Positions 1 through 8,259 of a stretch of DNA of 32,000 nucleotides are shown piece after piece. A model generated the notes under the pieces. That model was not told where the DNA came from, did not search any database, and worked only from the letters and a program-made list of their open reading frames with translations. The DNA lies in the NCBI RefSeq assembly GCF_000195955.2, contig NC_000962.3, positions 1,050,001 through 1,082,000 on the forward strand. Reading direction: 5' to 3'. The first letter of the stretch is position 1. Each line of letters begins with the position of its first letter. The position numbers and the translations under genes are program-made. The stretch is from Mycobacterium tuberculosis H37Rv. GTDB taxonomy: Bacteria > Actinomycetota > Actinomycetes > Mycobacteriales > Mycobacteriaceae.

Positions 1-1
1 C

Positions 2-346
2 CCGATCGCCAACTGGGTGGCGGCCTGCGACGCGATGATCGCGCTGGACGCGCCCACGGTGGTGCCTGGGCATGGTCCGGTCACCGGCCCGGACGGGATC
101 CGTGCCGTCCGTGGCTATCTGGCGCACATCGCCGAACAGGCCGAGGCGGCCTACCGCAAGGGGCTATCGTTGCCCGAGGCCGTCGAGACCATCGACCTGG
201 GCGAGTACGCGAGCTGGCTGGACTCCGAACGGGTAGTGGTCAACGTCTACCAGCGTTACCGCGAATTGGATCCCGACACCCCGCGCCAGGACTTGCTGGC
301 GTTGCTGGTGATGCAGGCCGAATGGGCGGCGCGCCACTGTACGTAG
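2..346 (+). CDS. 3' end of a gene entering from upstream; C-terminal part of an MBL-fold (metallo-beta-lactamase-like) hydrolase domain (position of Rv0939 end)
   Basis: Frame open from base 2 (PIANWVAACDAM...), stop TAG 344-346. The VVPGHGPV motif resembles the late His motif of MBL-fold enzymes. Identity to Rv0939 is inferred from synteny only. Confidence 0.7.
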   Translation, partial: PIANWVAACDAMIALDAPTVVPGHGPVTGPDGIRAVRGYLAHIAEQAEAAYRKGLSLPEAVETIDLGEYASWLDSERVVVNVYQRYRELDPDTPRQDLLALLVMQAEWAARHCT

Positions 347-592
347 CCACTCGGGCGCGTTTGTCACGGGAATCTGCGGACCGGCGGGCGCATGGTTTGC
401 CTGTCCACGAGCGACAAAGCCAGCGCGCCAAGGATTCCCGATGGCAGCCATCACTTTGTCGCGCTGAGGCGGGCACGAAGAACATCCCGTCCAGACAGCG
501 GCCAATGTGGCGGGTGTGAAAGGCGCCGCCGAGCATGGCACCGGGTCCAACGGCTCTCACGAAGCTGATCGGGGATCGATCCGTTGTGATGC

Positions 593-1459
593 TTAAACTT
601 TCGCGATGACGTTCTCGGCGAACATCTCCAGATTGCGGATCTTGGTCTGCAGCGGCTCGGTGTCGGGGCCCATGGTGTACGGGACACGGAAACCGACGAT
701 GACGTCCGTCACCCCTTTGTCCTCGAGCCGCTTGACGCCGTCCACGGTGAAACCGTCCAGGGAGATCACGTGGATTTCGAACGGGCTGGTTTTCCCCGCT
801 TCCTCGCGAAGCCGCTTGACCCTGGCGATCAGCCGGTCGAGTTCGTCCGGATCGCCGCCGCCATGCATCCATCCATCGGCGCGCGCCGCCCGTCGCAGTG
901 CTGCATCGGCGTGGCCACCGACCAGGATCGGGATCGGCTGGGTGGGCGCCGGGGTCATCTTGGTCTTGGGTATGTCGTAGAACTCGCCGTGGAACTCGAA
1001 GTAATCGCCGGTGGTAAGGCCACGCACGATCTCGATGCATTCGTCAATCCGCTTGCCGCGCTTAGCGAACGGGACGCCCATCAGCTCGTAATCCTCCGGC
1101 CACGGGCTAGTGCCGACACCCAGCCCGACCCGGTTGCCGATCAGGGCGGCTAGGGAACCGGCCTGCTTTGCCACCAGAGCCGGCGGGCGGATGGGCAGCT
1201 TGAGGACGAAGAAGTTGAACCGCAGCCTCGTCGTGACTGCGCCCAATGCTGCTGTCAGGACAAAGGTTTCGATGAAAGGCTTGCCGTCCATGAATTCGCG
1301 GTTGCCGTCGGGTGTGTACGGGTACTTCGAGTCGGATTCGAAGGGGTAGGCGATGCTGTCGGGAATCGTCATGCTGCTGTATCCCGCCGCTTCGGCTGCC
1401 TTGGCCAGCGGGATGTAGAACGTGAAGTCGGTCATTGCCTCCGCGTAGCTGAACCGCAC
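593..1459 (-). CDS. LLM-class (luciferase-like) F420-dependent oxidoreductase (Rv0940c-like)
   Basis: 288-aa ORF with GTG start at 1459. Luciferase-like monooxygenase family features (…VGLGVGTSPWPEDYELMGVPFAKRGKRIDECIEIVRGL…). KstR-type palindrome 37 nt upstream. Confidence 0.9.
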   Translation of the reverse strand: MRFSYAEAMTDFTFYIPLAKAAEAAGYSSMTIPDSIAYPFESDSKYPYTPDGNREFMDGKPFIETFVLTAALGAVTTRLRFNFFVLKLPIRPPALVAKQAGSLAALIGNRVGLGVGTSPWPEDYELMGVPFAKRGKRIDECIEIVRGLTTGDYFEFHGEFYDIPKTKMTPAPTQPIPILVGGHADAALRRAARADGWMHGGGDPDELDRLIARVKRLREEAGKTSPFEIHVISLDGFTVDGVKRLEDKGVTDVIVGFRVPYTMGPDTEPLQTKIRNLEMFAENVIAKV

Positions 1460-1495
1460 GTGATTGCCTTCCTCGAAGTGGCCGTCCCCAACGAG

Positions 1496-1513
1496 ATTAG
1501 AACGTGTTCTAAT
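1496..1513. promoter_or_regulatory. KstR-type (TetR family) operator palindrome ATTAGAAC-GT-GTTCTAAT upstream of the LLM oxidoreductase
   Basis: Perfect 8-bp inverted arms separated by 2 nt. Core TAGAACGTGTTCTA (1498-1511) fits the KstR consensus TnnAACnnGTTnnA. AT-rich island in GC-rich DNA. The same core recurs at 14972. Confidence 0.75.
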
Positions 1514-1543
1514 TTGACGTGCAAGCGGGGCGCAACGGCTTGG

Positions 1544-2317
1544 TCAGAGTTGGTTCTCCGGCCCAATAATTGCCCAGACCGTCTTGCCCGACGAAGTGGG
1601 ACTGCTGCCCCAGGCGCGGGACAACGCGGCAACGATCGCCAGGCCGGAAACGTCGATGCCCTTCGGTGGGGACGCCAGCCGAACCGCCGGAGCGCTGCTG
1701 CCGTCGGAAACCGCGATGGTTGCCGTTGGGCCATCGCTTTCGATCCGCATCACCGGGTCGCTTCCGGTGTGTTTCAGCACGTTCTCCACGAATACGTTGA
1801 CGACGACCAACGCGACTGGAATAAGCCCGGGACGTGACCATTGGGTGAGCCATTCGCGGACCAACTGGCGTGACTCGCGAAGGCTGTTCAGGTTGGCGGG
1901 CAGTTGTGCGTCCGAACGCTTGAAATTGCGGCGCGCGAGCCGACCGATGGCCTTGCTCGCCGCTTTTTCGGTCGGGTACACCGGCATGAAGCGGGCGACC
2001 CCGGTGCGGGTGACCGCCGCGCGGCCGGCCCGATGGCCGCAGACCAGCAAGACCGGTACATCCGCTCGGAAGTCGGCCTGCCAGCGGGCGCTGATAAAGA
2101 CCGACCATGCCGATTCCTCGGCGACTTGCAGCTCGGTGACATTGACGATAACGGCGGACGGCTGCTCGAGCGTCGCCCTCGTGAGGCTGTCCCGGAGCAG
2201 TGCAGAACTGCTGGAGTCAAGCGCACCGTCGGCGGTCAAGATGACCACCGAATCCTGTGTACGTACCGCAATGGCCAGCGCTGTCGGTGACTTGGCTGCC
2301 GTGCTCACCGCGACCAC
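1544..2317 (-). CDS. STAS-domain (anti-sigma-factor antagonist-like) protein fused to an RsbW/SpoIIAB-like HATPase-type C-terminal domain (Rv0941c-like)
   Basis: 257-aa ORF, GTG start at 2317. The N-terminal half has a SpoIIAA/STAS-like pattern (VVILTADGALDSSSSALLRDSL…VIVNVTELQ…). The C-terminal half has an N-box-like VENVLKH, VSDGSS and GLAIVAALSRAWG, as in anti-sigma kinases. Confidence 0.85.
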   Translation of the reverse strand: MVAVSTAAKSPTALAIAVRTQDSVVILTADGALDSSSSALLRDSLTRATLEQPSAVIVNVTELQVAEESAWSVFISARWQADFRADVPVLLVCGHRAGRAAVTRTGVARFMPVYPTEKAASKAIGRLARRNFKRSDAQLPANLNSLRESRQLVREWLTQWSRPGLIPVALVVVNVFVENVLKHTGSDPVMRIESDGPTATIAVSDGSSAPAVRLASPPKGIDVSGLAIVAALSRAWGSSPTSSGKTVWAIIGPENQL

Positions 2318-2359
2318 TTCCTTGCGTCCCTTGCCCCGGCGTCAGGTGCACATCGCAAC

Positions 2360-2638
2360 TTGGGTCGGAGTGCCACCATAGCCATGGTTCCGAAACGGCG
2401 GGACGCCATGAACCGGCATTCCGGTCCCATCCTGTCGTCCGGTTTCATAGCCAGCTCCTCGAACTCCTGTCCCGCCAATAGCTTGAGGATGCCGTCCGCC
2501 TTGGCGGCAGAAACCCTATCTTTTGATGATCGCGCCGTCCGGCGCAGCACCCATCACCCAGGGGGTGGTTACCCACAAAAACACGCGATCAACCTCCAGT
2601 CCGGGCTATGCCCAGCCTATGCAAACGCCAGCAGGTAG
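2360..2638 (+). CDS. Doubtful hypothetical protein, 92 aa (length matches annotated Rv0942)
   Basis: TTG-start ORF in a lower-GC stretch. GC3 by my count is about 63/92, below what I expect for real coding sequence in this high-GC genome. No recognisable domain. An antisense ORF (2305-2550) shares the same third-codon positions, so the two cannot be told apart. Confidence 0.25.
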   Translation: MGRSATIAMVPKRRDAMNRHSGPILSSGFIASSSNSCPANSLRMPSALAAETLSFDDRAVRRSTHHPGGGYPQKHAINLQSGLCPAYANASR

Positions 2639-2695
2639 GGCCCGGGAATCCGGCCAACAAAGATCAACGAACGCCGCGCCGGCGCCGGGATGCGT

Positions 2696-3736
2696 TCAAG
2701 TGGTGGCCGAGGCTGGGCCGCTTCGGGCATAGGGCGGTGGGCCCACTCCGGCGACCGAGTGGGTACCCCACGGTGTTTGTTCAGTGATGCGTGCGGGTGC
2801 GCTACGTCCGCCGATGGTTAACGTCGCCGCCCGGGCATGGGTGAGTGAAGTCTCGGGCAAGGAATCGAATACGGTGCCCTGCCAGTGGTAGTTGCCGTCG
2901 ATCGGATCGAGGTGACCGGTAAGCCGGACGCGGACCCGAAAGCGGGCACCAGCGAGCGTTAGCGTCGCCGCACCGTCGTAGGTCTGATCGTCCTCGGTCG
3001 CCGCGGATGACAAGTCGAACGCTTCGAGGCCCCCAGTCTGCCGATGGGGCTGAGCGGGTTTGAGTTGGGCGCGCTCGTTGAATACCTGCTGGCTGCTGCG
3101 GCGCACCTCGATGCGGCGGCTGGCCGTGCGCTCCATGAGCTTCATGCATTCGACGACGCAGCGTGCCTGCGCGGCGGTATCGGGCCCGGTGATGAAGAAG
3201 TAGTTGGGGAAACCGTGAACGGCGACGCCGAGGTAGGGCTCCATGCCATCGTCCCAGGCTTGGCGGATGGTCACACCGCCGGCACCGACCAGGGTCTGAT
3301 CGCCGACCTGATCGGCGATCGCGAACCCGGTGCCGTAGATGATGGCGTCGACGGGGTGTTCCACGCCATCGCTGGTGCGGATGCCCGAGGAGGTCAGCGC
3401 GTCGATCGCCGCCGTCGCCCAGGCGACCGCTGGATGCTCAGCCCCGGTGCGGCGACGTAGCCAGCGTTTGGCGCGTGTCGTCCACAGTGGTACTCCGGTG
3501 ACGACGCGGCGCGGTGCCTGGGTGAAGACCGTGACCGACGCCGCCGATTCAGACAACCGGCTGATGTAGTGGGCGGCGGCGGCATCGGTGCCGACCACCG
3601 CGATGCGTTTGCCGGCCGGGTCGAAATCGCGGTCCCATGCCGCCGAAGTGGGCCTGATGGGCCCGATCGCCCGTCGCGCCTGGAAACGCACCAACTTTCT
3701 GTGACCGCGACGCTCGGCCTCGCTGACGCCGGCCAC
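2696..3736 (-). CDS. N-terminally truncated flavin-dependent monooxygenase with DUF4873-like C-terminal domain (Rv0943c-like)
   Basis: Only the second Rossmann-like motif (GKRIAVVGTDAAAA) and downstream FMO/BVMO-like sequence are present; the N-terminal FAD-binding GxGxxG region is missing. GTG at 3736 gives 346 aa. The ORF remains open to 3907 but runs into the divergent fpg fragment. Confidence 0.8.
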   Translation of the reverse strand: MAGVSEAERRGHRKLVRFQARRAIGPIRPTSAAWDRDFDPAGKRIAVVGTDAAAAHYISRLSESAASVTVFTQAPRRVVTGVPLWTTRAKRWLRRRTGAEHPAVAWATAAIDALTSSGIRTSDGVEHPVDAIIYGTGFAIADQVGDQTLVGAGGVTIRQAWDDGMEPYLGVAVHGFPNYFFITGPDTAAQARCVVECMKLMERTASRRIEVRRSSQQVFNERAQLKPAQPHRQTGGLEAFDLSSAATEDDQTYDGAATLTLAGARFRVRVRLTGHLDPIDGNYHWQGTVFDSLPETSLTHARAATLTIGGRSAPARITEQTPWGTHSVAGVGPPPYARSGPASATT

Positions 3737-3764
3737 CGCATTGTCATCGTCGGCAGGGGTGCTG

Positions 3765-4241
3765 GTGGCCGGGACGCCGCAGCCGCGCGCGCTCGGGCCC
3801 GATGCGCTGGACGTCAGCACCGACGACCTGGCCGGGCTGTTGGCCGGCAACACCGGCCGGATCAAGACCGTCATCACCGACCAGAAGGTAATTGCCGGCA
3901 TCGGCAACGCCTATAGTGACGAAATCCTGCACGTCGCGAAGATCTCGCCGTTCGCCACGGCCGGCAAGTTATCCGGCGCACAGCTCACCTGCCTGCATGA
4001 GGCGATGGCGTCGGTGCTGTCGGACGCGGTGCGCCGGTCCGTCGGCCAGGGCGCGGCCATGCTCAAAGGGGAGAAACGTTCTGGGCTTCGAGTACATGCG
4101 CGCACCGGGTTACCCTGCCCAGTGTGCGGTGACACCGTGCGGGAGGTGTCCTTCGCGGACAAGTCTTTTCAGTACTGTCCAACGTGTCAGACCGGTGGCA
4201 AGGCGCTGGCCGACCGGCGTATGTCGCGGCTGCTCAAGTAG
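3765..4241 (+). CDS. fpg2: Formamidopyrimidine-DNA glycosylase (Fpg/Nei) C-terminal fragment: H2TH plus zinc finger only, catalytic N-terminal domain absent (Rv0944-like)
   Basis: H2TH motif (ITDQKVIAGIGNAYSDEILHVAKISP) and C4 zinc finger (CPVCGDTV…CPTCQ). No PELPEV-type N-terminus. Possible starts: TTG 3741, GTG 3759, GTG 3765. Confidence 0.8.
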   Translation: MAGTPQPRALGPDALDVSTDDLAGLLAGNTGRIKTVITDQKVIAGIGNAYSDEILHVAKISPFATAGKLSGAQLTCLHEAMASVLSDAVRRSVGQGAAMLKGEKRSGLRVHARTGLPCPVCGDTVREVSFADKSFQYCPTCQTGGKALADRRMSRLLK

Positions 4242-4246
4242 TCGAT

Positions 4247-5008
4247 ATGCTCACCGGAGTGACTCGCCAGAAGATCCTGATCACCGGCGCCAGTTCCGGC
4301 CTGGGCGCCGGGATGGCCCGATCCTTCGCCGCCCAGGGCCGCGACCTGGCGCTCTGCGCCCGCCGCACGGATCGGCTGACCGAACTGAAAGCCGAACTGT
4401 CGCAACGGTATCCCGACATCAAGATCGCTGTCGCGGAGCTGGACGTCAACGACCACGAGCGGGTGCCCAAGGTATTCGCCGAACTCAGCGATGAGATTGG
4501 CGGCATTGACCGTGTGATCGTCAACGCCGGAATCGGCAAGGGTGCCCGGCTGGGCTCGGGCAAGCTGTGGGCGAACAAGGCAACCATCGAAACCAACCTG
4601 GTCGCCGCACTCGTGCAGATCGAAACGGCACTGGACATGTTCAACCAGCGCGGTTCGGGGCATTTGGTGCTCATCTCCTCAGTGCTCGGCGTCAAAGGGG
4701 TGCCGGGCGTCAAAGCCGCGTATGCGGCAAGCAAAGCCGGTGTGCGCTCGCTAGGCGAATCGCTGCGCGCCGAGTACGCCCAACGCCCCATCAGGGTCAC
4801 GGTGCTGGAGCCGGGTTATATCGAGTCGGAGATGACGGCCAAATCGGCGAGCACAATGTTGATGGTGGACAACGCAACTGGCGTCAAGGCGCTGGTGGCC
4901 GCCATCGAGCGCGAGCCCGGACGCGCCGCGGTCCCCTGGTGGCCATGGGCGCCACTGGTGCGGCTGATGTGGGTGCTGCCGCCGCGGCTGACCAGACGCT
5001 TCGCCTAG
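4247..5008 (+). CDS. Short-chain dehydrogenase/reductase (Rv0945-like)
   Basis: ATG at 4247, 6 nt after the fpg2 stop. TGxxxGxG (ITGASSGLG) and YxxxK (YAASK) motifs. 253 aa. Confidence 0.9.
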   Translation: MLTGVTRQKILITGASSGLGAGMARSFAAQGRDLALCARRTDRLTELKAELSQRYPDIKIAVAELDVNDHERVPKVFAELSDEIGGIDRVIVNAGIGKGARLGSGKLWANKATIETNLVAALVQIETALDMFNQRGSGHLVLISSVLGVKGVPGVKAAYAASKAGVRSLGESLRAEYAQRPIRVTVLEPGYIESEMTAKSASTMLMVDNATGVKALVAAIEREPGRAAVPWWPWAPLVRLMWVLPPRLTRRFA

Positions 5009-5023
5009 CGGGCGCTCGGCCAC

Positions 5024-6685
5024 CTAGCCCGCGCGGCCACGTTCGGTGCGGTAGCGGCGCACCAGCCCGTCGGTCGAGCTGTCCGACTGCGGTGGCGGTG
5101 AACCGGCGCCGGTGATTACCGGAAGCAGCGCCTTGGCCTGCGTCTTGCCCAGCTCCACCCCCCACTGGTCGAACGAGTCGATACCCCACACCACACCCTC
5201 GGTGAACACCTGATGCTCGTAGAGCGCGATCAACTGCCCCAGCACCGACGGCGTGAGCCGACTGGCCAGAATTGAGGTGGACGGCCGGTTGCCGGGCATC
5301 ACCTTATGCGCTACCACGTGGGCGGGGGTGCCGTCGGCGGCGATCTCCTCGGCGGTCTTGCCGAACGCCAGCACCTGGGTTTGGGCGAAGAAGTTGCTCA
5401 TCAGCAGATCATGCATGCTGCCGGTGCCCTCGGCGGTCGGCAGGTCGTCGAGGGGTTGAGCAAAGCCGATGAAATCGGCTGGCACCAGCCGGGTGCCCTG
5501 GTGCAGCAACTGGTAGAAGGCGTGCTGGCCGTTGGTTCCCGGTTCACCCCAAAAGATTTCACCGGTGTCGGCGCTGACCGGGCTGCCGTCGGCGCGCGTG
5601 GACTTGCCGTTGGATTCCATGGTCAACTGCTGAAGGTAGGCCGGAAAACGCGACAAGTCATTGGAATACGGCAGCACGGTGCGTGATTGCGCACCGAAGA
5701 AATTGGAGTACCACAGTCCGATCAGGCCAAGCAGCACCGGCGCGTTGGATTCCAGCGGAGCGGTCGCGAAATGGCGGTCGATGATGTGGAATCCGGCCAA
5801 GAAATCGGCGAAGGCGTCGCGGCCGATCACCGTCATCAACGACAGCCCGATCGCCGAATCCACCGAATAACGCCCGCCGACCCAATCCCAAAAACCGAAC
5901 ATGTTGTCGGTGTTGATGCCGAAGTCGTCGACCAGGCGCTTGTTGGTGGACACCGCGACAAAATGCCGCGACACCGCGGCGTCGCCCAGCGCATCGGTCA
6001 GCCAGCGACGCGCCGCGGTCGCATTGGTCAATGTCTCCAGCGTCGAGAACGTCTTCGACGCGACGATGAAAAGCGTTGTGGCGGGGTCTAGATCGGCGAG
6101 CGTGGCGATCAGGTCGGCGGGATCGACGTTGGACACGAAGCGCGCGGAAATGCCCGCGTCGGCATAGTGGCGCAACGCTTGGTACACCATCACCGGACCC
6201 AAATCCGAACCACCGATGCCGATGTTGACGACGGTGCTGATCCGCTTTCCAGTTGCTCCGGTCCACTCGCCGCTGCGCAGGCGGTCGGTGAAGGCGCCCA
6301 TCGCGTCGAGCACGGCATGTACGTCGGTGACGACGTCTTGGCCGTCGACGACGAGTTCGGCGTCTCGGGGCAGCCGCAGCGCGGTGTGCAACACCGCTCG
6401 ATCCTCAGAGGTGTTGATATGCACACCGGCGAACATCTGGTCGCGACGCTCTTCGAGGTGGGCCGTCCGGGCCAGATCGATCAGCAGCGCCAGCGTCTCG
6501 CGGGTGACGCGGTGTTTGCTGTAGTCGATGTAGAGATCGCCGACGCTGACGGTGAGCTCCCGGCCGCGACCCGGATCGTCGGCGAAGAACTGGCGAAGAT
6601 GGGTGTTTCCGATCTGATCGTGATGTCTGCGCAGGGCGTCCCATGCCGGGGTAGCGGTGATGTCGGGGATTGGCGCGGAGGTCAT
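5024..6685 (-). CDS. pgi: Glucose-6-phosphate isomerase
   Basis: 553-aa ORF with full-length PGI family similarity (…GIGGSDLGP…, …[12 protein letters not shown]…). Confidence 0.97.
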   Translation of the reverse strand: MTSAPIPDITATPAWDALRRHHDQIGNTHLRQFFADDPGRGRELTVSVGDLYIDYSKHRVTRETLALLIDLARTAHLEERRDQMFAGVHINTSEDRAVLHTALRLPRDAELVVDGQDVVTDVHAVLDAMGAFTDRLRSGEWTGATGKRISTVVNIGIGGSDLGPVMVYQALRHYADAGISARFVSNVDPADLIATLADLDPATTLFIVASKTFSTLETLTNATAARRWLTDALGDAAVSRHFVAVSTNKRLVDDFGINTDNMFGFWDWVGGRYSVDSAIGLSLMTVIGRDAFADFLAGFHIIDRHFATAPLESNAPVLLGLIGLWYSNFFGAQSRTVLPYSNDLSRFPAYLQQLTMESNGKSTRADGSPVSADTGEIFWGEPGTNGQHAFYQLLHQGTRLVPADFIGFAQPLDDLPTAEGTGSMHDLLMSNFFAQTQVLAFGKTAEEIAADGTPAHVVAHKVMPGNRPSTSILASRLTPSVLGQLIALYEHQVFTEGVVWGIDSFDQWGVELGKTQAKALLPVITGAGSPPPQSDSSTDGLVRRYRTERGRAG

Positions 6686-6785
6686 GGTTCGACCCTAATG
6701 CCGTGGAGTGGCGTCGATCAGAGCCGCTGTCTTCGCCGAGCCTTTAGTTATCGTGCTCGGCGGCACTCGCCGTTTGTCGCGGTAT

Positions 6786-7299
6786 CTACAGGCTCGGCGA
6801 TGCGGGCCTGCGCTCTCGCGGCCTCGGCCCCCGCCGAGGCCGCTGACCGTCGCCCAGCACCCGCTGCAGATCAGGCAGCATGGCCTGCAATGGCGCACGC
6901 CAGTACGCCCAGGTGTGGGTTTCGCCATCCGGGAAGTTGAACCGCCGTTGCGCCGCTTGGTACTTGCTTTGCAAAGCCTGTCGCCTATTGCCGCTCAACT
7001 CCGCCGAGGGCGTGCCGTTGCCCGAATACGCCCAGATACGGGGTGCTGTTGGCCACCAGCTTCGCGGCATTGACCGTTGGCTCGCTGTGGGCCCACGCCG
7101 GATCGGTCGGCGGGCCCCCGGATCAATGACGCGGATCCGGCAACCACGCCATTTCCACTCGGGATGATCCCCTCACTCGCCGCCAGCCAGTCGGCCAGCT
7201 CTTGGGCCATATCCCGCCGTTGCCGACCGCCGGCCGGTGCCAGTTGGAATAGAACTCGCCATGCCACCGGTGGGCATGGCGAGCGACAGACCGGTCTGG
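6786..7299 (-). pseudogene. Antigen 85/mycolyltransferase (fbp-like) pseudogene, central and C-terminal fragments in three different frames
   Basis: Frame pieces resemble Ag85 segments. [20 protein letters not shown] resembles EWYDQSGLSVVMPVGGQSSF. MAQELADWLAASEGIIPSGNGVVAGS resembles [56 protein letters not shown] resembles [30 protein letters not shown]. Confidence 0.85.
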
Positions 7300-7963
<664 letters not shown>

Positions 7964-8259
7964 CCGGTACTGGGCCTCACACAAGAGACGAGCCCCGAAT
8001 CCGGAAGCGGACCACGGGGCTCTGCGAAAGCAGCTAGACCACGGGCACCGCTGGCCGGTACCCGTAGAAAAATCGGCGCTGCGCGTTGAGCACGAACCGA
8101 GTGTGCCATCAACGGACGCGCCCGCGCAAAAACTTGGCGGGAAAAGTGCACCCAAAATTGGGTGGTGGCGCCGAAGGACCTGCCGCGTGGCGATGAGCCT
8201 GGCCAGGCTATGCCGCGGTCCGCCGACTCGTCGCCGCGCGGCGGTAAGTTTGGACCGAC

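Noticed and set aside
411-462. Hairpin gcgacaaag / ctttgtcgc between the convergent first two genes
   Set aside because: Only a 9-bp stem with a 34-nt loop, too weak to call a terminator.
240-1040. 266-aa minus-strand ORF overlapping the LLM oxidoreductase in another frame
   Set aside because: Arg-rich nonsense composition. The overlapping 593-1459 frame has clear family similarity.
2305-2550. 81-aa minus-strand ORF overlapping the start of the STAS-fusion gene
   Set aside because: Not called as a feature. It shares codon phase with the equally weak plus-strand ORF, has a Cys/Arg-rich tail, and has no recognisable domain. The region is kept only as an ambiguity under findings.
3737-3907. 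Upstream extension of the monooxygenase ORF to 403 aa
   Set aside because: The extension (MPMPAITFWSVMTVLIRPVLPANSP…) has no monooxygenase similarity. It is simply the antisense of the Fpg H2TH coding region.
8093-8106. Possible LexA/SOS box upstream of uvrD1 (CGAAC-CGAG-TGTGCC)
   Set aside because: Only one half-site resembles the mycobacterial TCGAAC-N4-GTTCGA box; the second half does not match.
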